Part shown: piece by piece, positions 9,460-18,415 of the stretch | How the letters are laid out: each line of letters begins with the position of its first letter | Position numbering within the stretch: position 1 is the stretch's first letter | Made by a program: the position numbers and the translations under genes | Assembly (NCBI GenBank): GCA_046290225.1 | Contig: JBKAGE010000047.1 | Location: forward strand, 27,006 to 91,005 | From: Bradymonadia bacterium | GTDB lineage: Bacteria; Myxococcota_A; Bradymonadia; UBA7976; UBA1532 | DNA length: 64,000 nt | Reading direction: 5' to 3' | Notes under the pieces: model-generated | Database searches by the model: none | Told to the model about the DNA's origin: nothing | Seen by the model: the letters and a program-made list of their open reading frames with translations, nothing else

Positions 9460-11112
9460 GTGAATGCGCCGATCAGCGTCCTCCTCGTGGAGGACAACGA
9501 TGATGACGTGGCGATCCTGCGCCGCTATATCCGTCGCTGCCCGGGCAGCTGGCGGGTTGAAGTGGCCTATTCTGGGGCAGAAGCTCTAAAGGCCGCCCGC
9601 TTGCGCAACCACGACGTGGGGCTCCTCGACTACCACCTCCCCGATCAAACCGGCACCGAGCTGATCTACCGCCTGCGAGAGGCGGCGCCTGATCTGCCCC
9701 TGGTCATGCTCACGGGTCACGGCGACGAGCGCCTCGCCGTCGAGGTGATGAAGGCAGGCGCATACGATTACCTGCGCAAAGTCGAGCTGACCCCCGAGGT
9801 GCTCTACCGCACGCTCCACAACGTGCTCGAGCGCGCCCGCCTCGAGCTCGAAGTGCAGCAGGCCCAGAACCGCCTGCGTGAGTGGGCGATCCGCGATGGG
9901 CTCACGGGGCTCTTCAACCACCGGCACTTTCAAGAGCTGCTGCAGAACGAATACCTGCGCTCAGATCGATATGATCAGCCCCTGAGCTGCATGATGCTCG
10001 ACCTCGATCACTTCAAGAGCATCAACGACACCTACGGCCACCCTTTCGGTGACGAGGTGCTCAAGCGAGTGGCCACCACCCTCGGTGGCGCAGCCCGGCA
10101 GGTGGACATCATCGCCCGGTATGGCGGTGAAGAGTTCGTCGCCGTATTGCCCAACACCGATCTCGACGGCGCGCTCAAGCTCGCAGAGCGCATCCGGAGC
10201 GAAGTGGCCGCCCAGCCCTTCGTCTTCGAAGGCCACACAGTGCATCTGACGGTGTCAGTGGGCGTGGCCACCACAGATGATCCCCGCGTGAACGGGGAGC
10301 GCGATCTCATCAAGCAGGCCGATGCCGCCCTCTACCAAGCGAAGTGGCAGGGCCGAAACCGGGTGCGGGTCATCGACCCCGCCCTGCCGGTGATGCCGAC
10401 CCCCTCGTCGACCCAGGGCGCCCTGAGAGGCCTCACCCCGCCGCCGCTGTCCATGGGACACGCCGCCCTCGTGGCTCAACGGCTCGACGAGTCGGGCCGC
10501 AAGGCCCTGGTCAATCACCTCGTGGCCACAGTGGAGATGTACGAATCACGGGATCCGTGGTTCCGCAGCCATTCTGCCCGCACGGCCACTCTGGCCACGG
10601 GCTTCGGCGCCACCATCGGGGTGTCGACGGCAGAGCTCGCGGTGTTGAAGGTGGGGGCTCAGCTCCACGACATCGGCCGTCTGTCATTGCCTGATCACAT
10701 CTGGTTGCAAGTGGCGCCGCTGAGCGCCGAGACCTGGGACCAGATCAAGAGTCACCCGGATCGGGGTGCTCAGGTGCTGGCGATGTCGGGGGCCCTCGAT
10801 CAGGAGGCCCTCATCGCCCGACATCACCACGAGTGTTGGGATGGCACGGGCTACCCTGACGGCCTCGTCGGAGAGCAGATCCCGCGGCTGGCCCGCATCG
10901 TGGCCCTCGCCGATGGCTTCGCCGCCATGACCGCGCCCCGCACCTGGCGGCCGCCCATGAGCGCCGAAGAGGCCCTGAGTCACATCGAGAGCCTCGCGGG
11001 ATCGCGCTACGATCCTGCCCTGGCCCCCCTGTTCGTCGAGCACATCCGCGCCCTGGCCATCACGGGACGCACCACCCCTGCTCCGGAGCCTGCGCGCTCC
11101 ACTGAGGATTGA
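9460..11112 (+). CDS. Response regulator with diguanylate cyclase (GGDEF) and HD-GYP phosphodiesterase domains
   Basis: REC (VLLVEDNDDD, LLDYHLP); DLDHFKSINDTYGHPFGD; RQVD I-site before YGGEEF; HDIG and HHECWDGTGYP. Confidence 0.93.
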   Translation: MNAPISVLLVEDNDDDVAILRRYIRRCPGSWRVEVAYSGAEALKAARLRNHDVGLLDYHLPDQTGTELIYRLREAAPDLPLVMLTGHGDERLAVEVMKAGAYDYLRKVELTPEVLYRTLHNVLERARLELEVQQAQNRLREWAIRDGLTGLFNHRHFQELLQNEYLRSDRYDQPLSCMMLDLDHFKSINDTYGHPFGDEVLKRVATTLGGAARQVDIIARYGGEEFVAVLPNTDLDGALKLAERIRSEVAAQPFVFEGHTVHLTVSVGVATTDDPRVNGERDLIKQADAALYQAKWQGRNRVRVIDPALPVMPTPSSTQGALRGLTPPPLSMGHAALVAQRLDESGRKALVNHLVATVEMYESRDPWFRSHSARTATLATGFGATIGVSTAELAVLKVGAQLHDIGRLSLPDHIWLQVAPLSAETWDQIKSHPDRGAQVLAMSGALDQEALIARHHHECWDGTGYPDGLVGEQIPRLARIVALADGFAAMTAPRTWRPPMSAEEALSHIESLAGSRYDPALAPLFVEHIRALAITGRTTPAPEPARSTED

Positions 11113-11154
11113 TGGTGTCGGGGAAGATCACCTCGATCGCCGAGGAGCTCGGAA

Positions 11155-11637
11155 GTGTCTGAGAAGCCCCAAAAACAGCCACCGGTGAAGCCCCCGATTC
11201 ACATCGTACTCGTCGAAGATGACGACAACGATGTTCGCATCATACGTCGGGCGATCCGCCGTGGGCACCTCAACAACACCATCACCGTGGTCCGCGACGG
11301 ACAAGAGGCGCTCGATTATCTACACCGCCGCCCGCCCTTTGACGATACAGAGGCCTGGCCCTGGCCCGATTTGCTGTTACTCGACATCCACTTGCCTCGG
11401 ATCAACGGCATCGACGTGTTGCAAATGATCAAGCGCGATCCCGAGCTGAACACCCTGCCGGTGCTCATGCTCACCACGTCGGCCCGGAGAGAAGACGTCG
11501 CGATGTCGTACATGCGAGGGGCCAACGGCTTCATCTGCAAGCCCATCGAGTTCGCCCGGTTCATCGAGGTCATCAACGACCTCAACGAGTACTGGACGGC
11601 GGTCTCGCGTGGGCCCTCGGACAGGAGATCAGGATGA
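11155..11637 (+). CDS. Single-domain response regulator (Rcp1-like)
   Basis: IVLVEDDDND, PDLLLLDIHLP, LTTS, GANGFICKP, EYW tail. Confidence 0.92.
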   Translation: MSEKPQKQPPVKPPIHIVLVEDDDNDVRIIRRAIRRGHLNNTITVVRDGQEALDYLHRRPPFDDTEAWPWPDLLLLDIHLPRINGIDVLQMIKRDPELNTLPVLMLTTSARREDVAMSYMRGANGFICKPIEFARFIEVINDLNEYWTAVSRGPSDRRSG

Positions 11638-13355
11638 TGGCAGGCTCATCGGCGGTTCCAGCACACCCCCACCACGACGATCAAGCTCTGCAGCGCCAGC
11701 TGCAGCTCGCTGATCTCACGGCGAAGCTGAGCACCGCTGAAGACGAGCCTGCCCTGGTCTACGCCCTCACCGAGGCCCTGAGCAGCCTCGAGCCCACACA
11801 CTGCATGATCCTCTGGGTCCCCCCTGACGCGGCACCCACTCTCTGGACCGCAGGCCCGGAGGGCTGCGACACCCGAGACGACGAGCTGACGCTCCAGGCT
11901 CGCCTCCGGCTCGAGCCCGGGGCCCCCAAAGGGCTGACGCCGAAACGCTGGGTGCACATCAACCGATCCTGGCGCCACTCGACGGCCCACACTCGGCTGA
12001 TTTGTCACCCCATCCTGGTGCACAACCACATCCGGGGCATGGTGGCGGTCCGCGTACCCGCGGACCTCGGCACCGACAACGCCGATCTTCTGCGTATGCT
12101 CGTGGCCCGTGTGGGCCCGCCCATGGAGCAGCTGCGCCGCCTGAAAGGCCTGGCCCGCACCAACCAGGAGCTGGACCAGGCCAGTGAAGCCCTCAAGCGC
12201 ACTCAGGCTGATCTGGTGAGCGCCGAGCGTATGGCCGCCTTGGGCCAGATGGCCACGGGGGTGGCCCACGAAATCAACAACCCCCTGGCCTATGTGAAGA
12301 GCAACATCGAGGTGATGCGCCACTACCTCGAGGCCCTCTCCGAGGTGATCAGGCTACACGGCGAAGGGGATCACGAGAGCGCGCGCATGCAGGCGGTGGA
12401 TCTGCACCACCAGGGCCTCGTGGGCGAGCTGCGGGATCTGATCGACGAGACCACCGACGGTGCGGAGCGCGCATACAAAGTGGTGCGCGATCTCAAAGCT
12501 TTTGGCCCTCAGGCCACCTCGAGCTGGGTGAAGCTCGATCCGGCAGAACTGGTGCAGAACACGCTGCACGTGCTTCACGGCGACATCAAAGCCCGAGCCA
12601 CGGTGACGGCAGAGATCTTCGACTCGCCTCTCGTCTACGGAGACACGGGCCGTCTCAGGCAGGCCCTCATGTGCTTGCTGGTGAACGCCGCCCAGGCGAT
12701 CCCGCTCGAACGGCGAGGGCGCATCGAGGTGCGCTGCCGCCCTGAAGGCGATGGCGTGTGCATCGAGGTGGCCGACAACGGCGAGGGGGTCTCCGCGGAG
12801 CAGCGCAGCCGCATCTTCGAGCCGTTCTTCACCACCCGGAGCGGCACGCTGGGCAGCGGGCTGGGTCTGGCCATCGTCCGCGACGTGGTCCGCGGCCACG
12901 GCGGTCGCGTCGACGTCCGCTCTGTACCTGGTGAGGGCTCGGTCTTTGCCATCTGGCTGCCTCCCGCTCAGAGCCTCGCCGCCGAAGATCGCCCCACGGT
13001 GCTCTTCGTCGATGACGCCCAGGTCTGGCTGAACGCCTACCATCGCGCCTACAGCGCCAATGCTCGAGTGATTCTGGCTCACGGCACCACGGCGGGCATC
13101 AAGGCCCTGAGCCAGGAGCCCCACATCGACGCGGTGGTCTGTGATCTGCATTTGCCCGACCAGGGTGGGCAGCTGATCTACAACTGGCTGGCAGAGCACC
13201 AGCCTCAGCTCTGCAACCACTTCGTCGGCGCCACCGACGGGCCACACGACGACGGCATCCGTCGATTCCTCGACACCACCGAGCTGCCGGTGCTCTACAA
13301 ATCTTTTGGGATGGCTGATCTCAACGAGGCCCTCGCAAAGGTCCTCGAAGACTGA
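11634..13355 (+). CDS. Hybrid sensor histidine kinase (GAF-like, HisKA, HATPase, C-terminal REC)
   Basis: H-box GVAHEINNPL, N-box LVNAAQA, DNGEG, FEPFFTT, GSGLGL; REC VLFVDD...CDLHLP. ATGA overlap with the upstream gene. Confidence 0.92.
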   Translation: MMAGSSAVPAHPHHDDQALQRQLQLADLTAKLSTAEDEPALVYALTEALSSLEPTHCMILWVPPDAAPTLWTAGPEGCDTRDDELTLQARLRLEPGAPKGLTPKRWVHINRSWRHSTAHTRLICHPILVHNHIRGMVAVRVPADLGTDNADLLRMLVARVGPPMEQLRRLKGLARTNQELDQASEALKRTQADLVSAERMAALGQMATGVAHEINNPLAYVKSNIEVMRHYLEALSEVIRLHGEGDHESARMQAVDLHHQGLVGELRDLIDETTDGAERAYKVVRDLKAFGPQATSSWVKLDPAELVQNTLHVLHGDIKARATVTAEIFDSPLVYGDTGRLRQALMCLLVNAAQAIPLERRGRIEVRCRPEGDGVCIEVADNGEGVSAEQRSRIFEPFFTTRSGTLGSGLGLAIVRDVVRGHGGRVDVRSVPGEGSVFAIWLPPAQSLAAEDRPTVLFVDDAQVWLNAYHRAYSANARVILAHGTTAGIKALSQEPHIDAVVCDLHLPDQGGQLIYNWLAEHQPQLCNHFVGATDGPHDDGIRRFLDTTELPVLYKSFGMADLNEALAKVLED

Positions 13356-13395
13356 GCGGGTGGGTCTGCTCAGGCAGGTCTGAACGACGCATGCC

Positions 13396-13887
13396 TCAGG
13401 GGGTGGGGGTGGCGCACTGGGCGGTGACCTGAGCGGCGCACTTCAAACCCTGAGCCACGATGGTGGCGATCATCTGACGACGGGCCTTCTTGCAGGCGGG
13501 GGTCTTGTAGTCGTCGCGGCACTGCTGCACACAAGCGCGCTTGTCGCCGCGGGCCTCTTTGAAGTCGCCGCGCTTGTCCTTGCGGCAGGCGCTCTTGCAC
13601 TGACGCTTGGCCTTGCCCTTCTTGCCGTCACACTTGTTGAGGCAGCTCTTCTTGTCGTTGCGGGCATCGCCCTTGGCATCTCGCTTGTCGACGCGACATA
13701 CCTTCTTGCAGTCCCGCAGGGCCGCACAGGCGTTTCGAGAAGCCTTGATCTTTTTAGCCACCTTGGTGCCCCCACCGACGCACCCGCCGATGGCCTGAGC
13801 GCAGGCCAGAGGGCCAGCGCTGGCGGTGCTGGGCAGCAAGAGCCCGGCGAAGAACAAGAACGCGATGGACATGATGGACTTGTGCAT
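13396..13887 (-). CDS. Secreted Lys/Arg-rich protein with 14 Cys (four CxxxC motifs), function unknown
   Basis: Signal peptide ending ASA; GGGAG RBS upstream of ATG 13887; typical high-GC3 codon use. Confidence 0.75.
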   Translation of the reverse strand: MHKSIMSIAFLFFAGLLLPSTASAGPLACAQAIGGCVGGGTKVAKKIKASRNACAALRDCKKVCRVDKRDAKGDARNDKKSCLNKCDGKKGKAKRQCKSACRKDKRGDFKEARGDKRACVQQCRDDYKTPACKKARRQMIATIVAQGLKCAAQVTAQCATPTP

Positions 13888-14155
13888 TTGATGTCTCCCT
13901 GTGTGTTTTTCCCTCAAACGTGGTCGCTCTCCTCGACCAAACGTTCGCCGACGGTGTGCTCTGTGAGGTATTCAACCTCACCTGGGGTTTTCTGACAGTT
14001 TTTCATGTCAGCCACCCATCTCCTGCACATGATCGGCCCTCCTTTTTTCGACACCCTGACAAAGTGTCTTAAACCCTCGAGCGATCACACTGACCCTTTG
14101 AGGCGAGTTGGGGTCTGTGTCAGGATGGTCACTCGTCCTCATAGAGTGAGTGCCC

Positions 14156-14728
14156 ATGAAGTCACACCTCAAGATCGCGCTGGTGCTGACAGGCAGTGTG
14201 TCGTGCCTCAGCGCATGTGCGCCTCCAGAGCAAGTGGAGCGTGAACTCAAATCGCAGGAGGCCCCCGCGACGACGCGTCAGCAGAGCCTGGACGTGGCTG
14301 CGATTCAGGGCCAGCCCGACTTCCGATGGCGCCCCACAGGGGCCCTCGCTCAGCTCGACCTCGAGGCCAGCGCCATTCCGATCCTCGCGCCGGGGCCAAC
14401 GCTGGGCTGGGCGCCCACCAGAACGCAGCTCACCCCCATCAATGGGGGCCATGCCCTGGCCATGCACAGCGATGACCTGCACATCTTCGTCCGGGGCACC
14501 ACACGGGCCACAGTGCGCCCTGATCTCACCGAGGAGCTGTCCACCCTCGACCCTGCTGCGGTGCGTACATCCCACGCCCACCATGTATGGAGCGCCGCCT
14601 TTCAGCGCTTCGGGGTCTCGTGGCTGGTCACAGTGGAGTGTGCCGATCCACATGGAGACACCCGCTGTGTCGATGATGCCTTTGTGCACACCGTGGTGAA
14701 GAGTTTGCGCATCCTGGAGGCACCATGA
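14156..14728 (+). CDS. Hypothetical lipoprotein
   Basis: Hydrophobic N-terminus with LSAC lipobox; ATGA overlap with the next gene. Confidence 0.65.
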   Translation: MKSHLKIALVLTGSVSCLSACAPPEQVERELKSQEAPATTRQQSLDVAAIQGQPDFRWRPTGALAQLDLEASAIPILAPGPTLGWAPTRTQLTPINGGHALAMHSDDLHIFVRGTTRATVRPDLTEELSTLDPAAVRTSHAHHVWSAAFQRFGVSWLVTVECADPHGDTRCVDDAFVHTVVKSLRILEAP

Positions 14729-16206
14729 GCCGCCGGTTGATCGTGGCGCTGATGATGTGTGTGGCCAGCACGGCCCACGGGCAGGCATTCGAATACAACC
14801 CGCCCGGGCAACTGCACCCGGGCAGCGGTCAGGGCCGCGTCGACGAGCAGGTCTATGTGCCCGGCATGCGGTTCCCCATCGAAGAGGCGCCGGCGTTTGC
14901 CAACTCTCAGGTCTGGGGCCGCGGTGGCTCTCAAGGCGGTGGTGGAGGCCAGTGCGACGGGCAGAACTACAGCTACCCCTGGTCCGACAACTTCTGCGAG
15001 TCCCGACAGTGGAACATGCCCCTGTGCCCATCCGGGAACGGGCACCAGGGCCAGGACATCCGGCCCGCCACCTGTGAAGATCAGCGCTGGTGGGCCGTGG
15101 CTGCCGAAGACGGCCGCATCACCAACATCGGGTCCTACTCGGTCTACCTCGACTCTGACAGCGGCACCCTGCACCGCTATCTGCACATGGATCCCGGCAG
15201 CCTGCGCGTCAGAGAAGGCCAGCGGGTGAGCCAGGGCGATCGCCTCGGCCTCGTGTCCAACGCCTTCGGCGGCACGCCCACCACGATCCACCTGCATTAC
15301 GACCTCAACCAGAACGTCGCCGGTGTGGGTCAGGTCTACGTGCCCACCTATATGTCGCTGGTTCGATCCTACGAGCGGCTCATCGGCATGCCCGCAGAGC
15401 CCTGCGCCATCATCCCTGCAGCAGGCGGTACTCTGGACAACGACAGTCGCTGCTTCGACCGGTTCGGTCCGCCAGCGACGTGGCGCCTCGCAGAGGGGCC
15501 TGGAGAAGGTGGCAGTCTCCTCTGGACCTTCGCCTGGACGAACGACACCCCGGGGAACTGGGCCCGCTGGCGCATCGAGATGGCTCAAGGGGGCCGCTTC
15601 GAGATCCAAGCCCGCCTCGAGGCCGCCTATGCCTCGTCTCAGCAAGCCCTCTACCGCGTGCGACACAGCGGCCGCGAGACCCCGGTGCAGGTCAACCTGG
15701 CCAACGCCGGGCAGTGGTTGTCGCTGGGCACCTTCGACCTCGCTCAGGGGGGCGATCAGTGGGTGGCCGTCTACGACAACACCGGTGAAGATCGAGATCT
15801 CGAACGCCGCATCATGGCCGACGCCATCCGGATCGTGCCCGAGCGCGTCATGATGCCCGACGCAGACGTGCCGCCCCCACCCCCGGTAGACGCCGGGGTG
15901 GTGGACGATCCCGACGCCTTCTTCGACAACCGGCCTGACGCCTTCGTCGACAACCGCCCCGACATGGGCATGGCGCAGCCTGACCGCGATCTCGGCGTCT
16001 CTCCTGATCGGGACGCCTACGTGAACCCCTTCGATCCGGCCTTCGACACCGACGCCGCCAAGCTGCCAGACCCGGAGCCCGTGAACCAGGATGCTACCCG
16101 CTCGGTCAAGCTGACCGGCGGCTGCAGCGCCAGCGGTCATAGCCCGTCGGCGGTCTTGTGGTGTCTGGTGTTGGGGATATCGCTCTTCAGGCGTAGGAGG
16201 TCCTGA
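14725..16206 (+). CDS. Secreted M23 metallopeptidase with a beta-sandwich (golvesin/CBM-like) domain and MYXO-CTERM-like tail
   Basis: HQGQD (HxxxD), YLHM and IHLHY (HxH); W..LGTF...ADAIRI domain; tail GGCSASG..VLWCLVLGISLFRRRRS. Confidence 0.88.
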   Translation: MSRRLIVALMMCVASTAHGQAFEYNPPGQLHPGSGQGRVDEQVYVPGMRFPIEEAPAFANSQVWGRGGSQGGGGGQCDGQNYSYPWSDNFCESRQWNMPLCPSGNGHQGQDIRPATCEDQRWWAVAAEDGRITNIGSYSVYLDSDSGTLHRYLHMDPGSLRVREGQRVSQGDRLGLVSNAFGGTPTTIHLHYDLNQNVAGVGQVYVPTYMSLVRSYERLIGMPAEPCAIIPAAGGTLDNDSRCFDRFGPPATWRLAEGPGEGGSLLWTFAWTNDTPGNWARWRIEMAQGGRFEIQARLEAAYASSQQALYRVRHSGRETPVQVNLANAGQWLSLGTFDLAQGGDQWVAVYDNTGEDRDLERRIMADAIRIVPERVMMPDADVPPPPPVDAGVVDDPDAFFDNRPDAFVDNRPDMGMAQPDRDLGVSPDRDAYVNPFDPAFDTDAAKLPDPEPVNQDATRSVKLTGGCSASGHSPSAVLWCLVLGISLFRRRRS

Positions 16207-16726
16207 GCGAGTCGATGCGATGTATCAACATGGCCTCGAGATCGGGATGGGTACCTTCCACAGCCTTCGCCACTGCCAGCGCCCACTCCCCATAGGCCAC
16301 CACCCGCTTTGGTTCCCAGTTCTTGGGCGGATCAGCGAGCAAGTCACTGACATTGGAGATCTTGTCGGCGAGTTTCAGGCAGCGGGCCCGATGACTGGCG
16401 TGGGCTGCGTGCTCCACCTGCAAGCGCTTGCGCTCCATCTTGGGCAGCCGCTTGTCGTCAGTGACCTCCATCACCAGATCGGCGATCTCATCACCGAACT
16501 CGGCCCGCACGTCAGCCTCGGTGGCCACTGTGTCCTCCACGACGTCGTGAAGCAGCGCCGCCGAGAGCAGGGCCACGTCTTGCAGCCCGCCGACCTCCAC
16601 GAGCAGCCGGGCCACCTCGATACAGTGATCGATGTAGGGCTCAGCGCGGCTGCCTTTTCGCCGCTGATCGCGATGCATGCGGGCGGCGTAGGCAAGGGCA
16701 CGGATGAAGGTGGGCTCAACGACCAT
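16187..16726 (-). CDS. Mesh1-like HD hydrolase / small alarmone ((p)ppGpp) hydrolase
   Basis: HRDQRRK, EPYIDH, LLHDVVEDT, VTDDK and KLADKISN motifs in a stand-alone 179-aa protein. Confidence 0.88.
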   Translation of the reverse strand: MVVEPTFIRALAYAARMHRDQRRKGSRAEPYIDHCIEVARLLVEVGGLQDVALLSAALLHDVVEDTVATEADVRAEFGDEIADLVMEVTDDKRLPKMERKRLQVEHAAHASHRARCLKLADKISNVSDLLADPPKNWEPKRVVAYGEWALAVAKAVEGTHPDLEAMLIHRIDSLRTSYA

Positions 16727-16800
16727 GGTGTGTGACTCTCCTCGGGCATGTGCAGATGACGTGGTGTAGAGTAGCGGGCGATTTCATCAGGAGTGAACGG

Positions 16801-18000
16801 ATGCGCAGGACCACACTCGGGTTGTGGGCAATCATGGCCCTCGGCGCCCAAACGGGCTGTCAGAAGAGCGATCCCCCGAAGAAGGAGATCGTCGAGCGCA
16901 AGACCGCGCAGCAGGTCACCCCTGCCCTGGCCCGGACCTTCGCCGAGAGCTTCGAAAAGGCAGCGAAGAGCAAAGACGCTGTCGCCCTCAACAATCTCAT
17001 CGACTGGAACATGCTGCTGGAGATCTCCACTGAAGGGCTCGACCTGCCCTCTCAGATGAAGTCGGGCTTCATGAGCGGCCTCAAGTCCACCGCTGGGGGC
17101 GGCCCCCTCGCCGCAGGCATCATCCAGGCCCTCAACGCGGGCGGCTCGTACGACTTCTTGAAGGTTCGAGAGGTCAACGGTCAGCGCAGGGCGCTGTTTC
17201 GGCTGATCATGCCCGGCGAAGGCGGCGTGAACTATCACGACGTGGTGCTCGGCGCTGGCTCCGGGGGCAAGGTGAAGGCCATCGACATCTATGTCTACCT
17301 CACCGGTGAGCCCATCTCTCAGACCTTCCGTCGCTTGTTGATTCCCATGGCAGCCTCCACGGGGATCGCGGCGCGACTCGGCGGTGAAGAGGCCTTGCTG
17401 GTCAAGCACCTCGACGACCTCCAGGTGATCGGCAACGCGGTGCAGTCCGGTGATCACAAGACAGCCCTTCGCCGTTACGCGACCCTGCCCAAAGAACTGC
17501 AAGAAGAGAAGTCGATCCAGCTGATGCGGCTGACGGCGGCTCAGAACGCCAACGACGACGTCCTCTACGCCAAGGCCATCGAAGAGGTGGAGCGCCTGTT
17601 CCCCAATGATCCGAGCCTCGACATGCTGCTCATCGACGGCTACTTCATGAAGAAGGACTGGGCCAAGGTGCTTGAGAGCGTCGACCGCCTCGACGCGCGC
17701 ATCGGCGGCGATCCGTACCTCAACATCATGCGCTCCGGCGTGATGCTCGAGAAGGGCAGCAACGATGAAGCCCTGGCCCTGGGCGCCAAGGCCCTCGAGG
17801 CCCTGCCCGAGCTCGCCGACGCCCACTGGACCCACCTGTCGGCGGCCCTGCGCAGTGAGGACTATGCGCTGGCGCTCAAAGACATGAACACGCTCACCTC
17901 GAAGTTTCAGGTCGTCTTCGGTGATCTGACGACGAACCCCGAGTTCGCCGGCTTTGTGAAGAGCCCGCAGTACACGGAGTGGAAGGCCGCTCATCCCTGA
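16801..18000 (+). CDS. Lipoprotein with a C-terminal TPR-like helical region
   Basis: Lipobox-like QTGC; helical repeats in the C-terminal half; strong codon bias. Confidence 0.7.
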   Translation: MRRTTLGLWAIMALGAQTGCQKSDPPKKEIVERKTAQQVTPALARTFAESFEKAAKSKDAVALNNLIDWNMLLEISTEGLDLPSQMKSGFMSGLKSTAGGGPLAAGIIQALNAGGSYDFLKVREVNGQRRALFRLIMPGEGGVNYHDVVLGAGSGGKVKAIDIYVYLTGEPISQTFRRLLIPMAASTGIAARLGGEEALLVKHLDDLQVIGNAVQSGDHKTALRRYATLPKELQEEKSIQLMRLTAAQNANDDVLYAKAIEEVERLFPNDPSLDMLLIDGYFMKKDWAKVLESVDRLDARIGGDPYLNIMRSGVMLEKGSNDEALALGAKALEALPELADAHWTHLSAALRSEDYALALKDMNTLTSKFQVVFGDLTTNPEFAGFVKSPQYTEWKAAHP

Positions 18001-18115
18001 GCTGCTTCAAAGCCAGCCACAACCAGCTGAAACCTCAAGCCATTTCATTTTGCCAAAGGAATCTCTTGACCCCGTCGAGACCCTTGGCAAGCCTTGCAGT
18101 GTTTCCCACCCCCAT

Positions 18116-18226
18116 GGAGGGTTGTTCAATGAAGACTCTTATGTTCCAGCGTCGCCCCAACCGCTGAGGCGGACCCCCTCCATTTGAAGGGCTGGTCCGC
18201 TTCTCGGATCGGCCTTTTTCGCTTTC
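18116..18226 (+). promoter_or_regulatory. Putative leader-peptide transcription attenuator upstream of the MATE gene
   Basis: GGAGG 18116-18120; uORF MKTLMFQRRPNR 18129-18167; antiterminator 18166-18175/18194-18203 overlaps terminator 18187-18199/18205-18217, which runs into a U-tract. Confidence 0.65.
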
Positions 18227-18415
18227 TGGCCCTGCACAACACGATTTTCGACGCCCCTTGAGGGTTGTTGTCTCCAGGCCAGGCTGCGCGCTGATCCCCA
18301 TCAATCATCAACACCACACCCGTCTTGGGCGCACACGGAGTATGGAGGAGTGCGCCTCAACGGTGATCAGGCGACACATACAACCTGATCACCCTGCCCA
18401 TGTTGGGGTTTTGAC

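Noticed and set aside
13992..14011. CTGACA-N8-TGTCAG inverted repeat as a WYL-regulator site
   Set aside because: Only 6-bp arms and no cognate regulator nearby; too weak to call.
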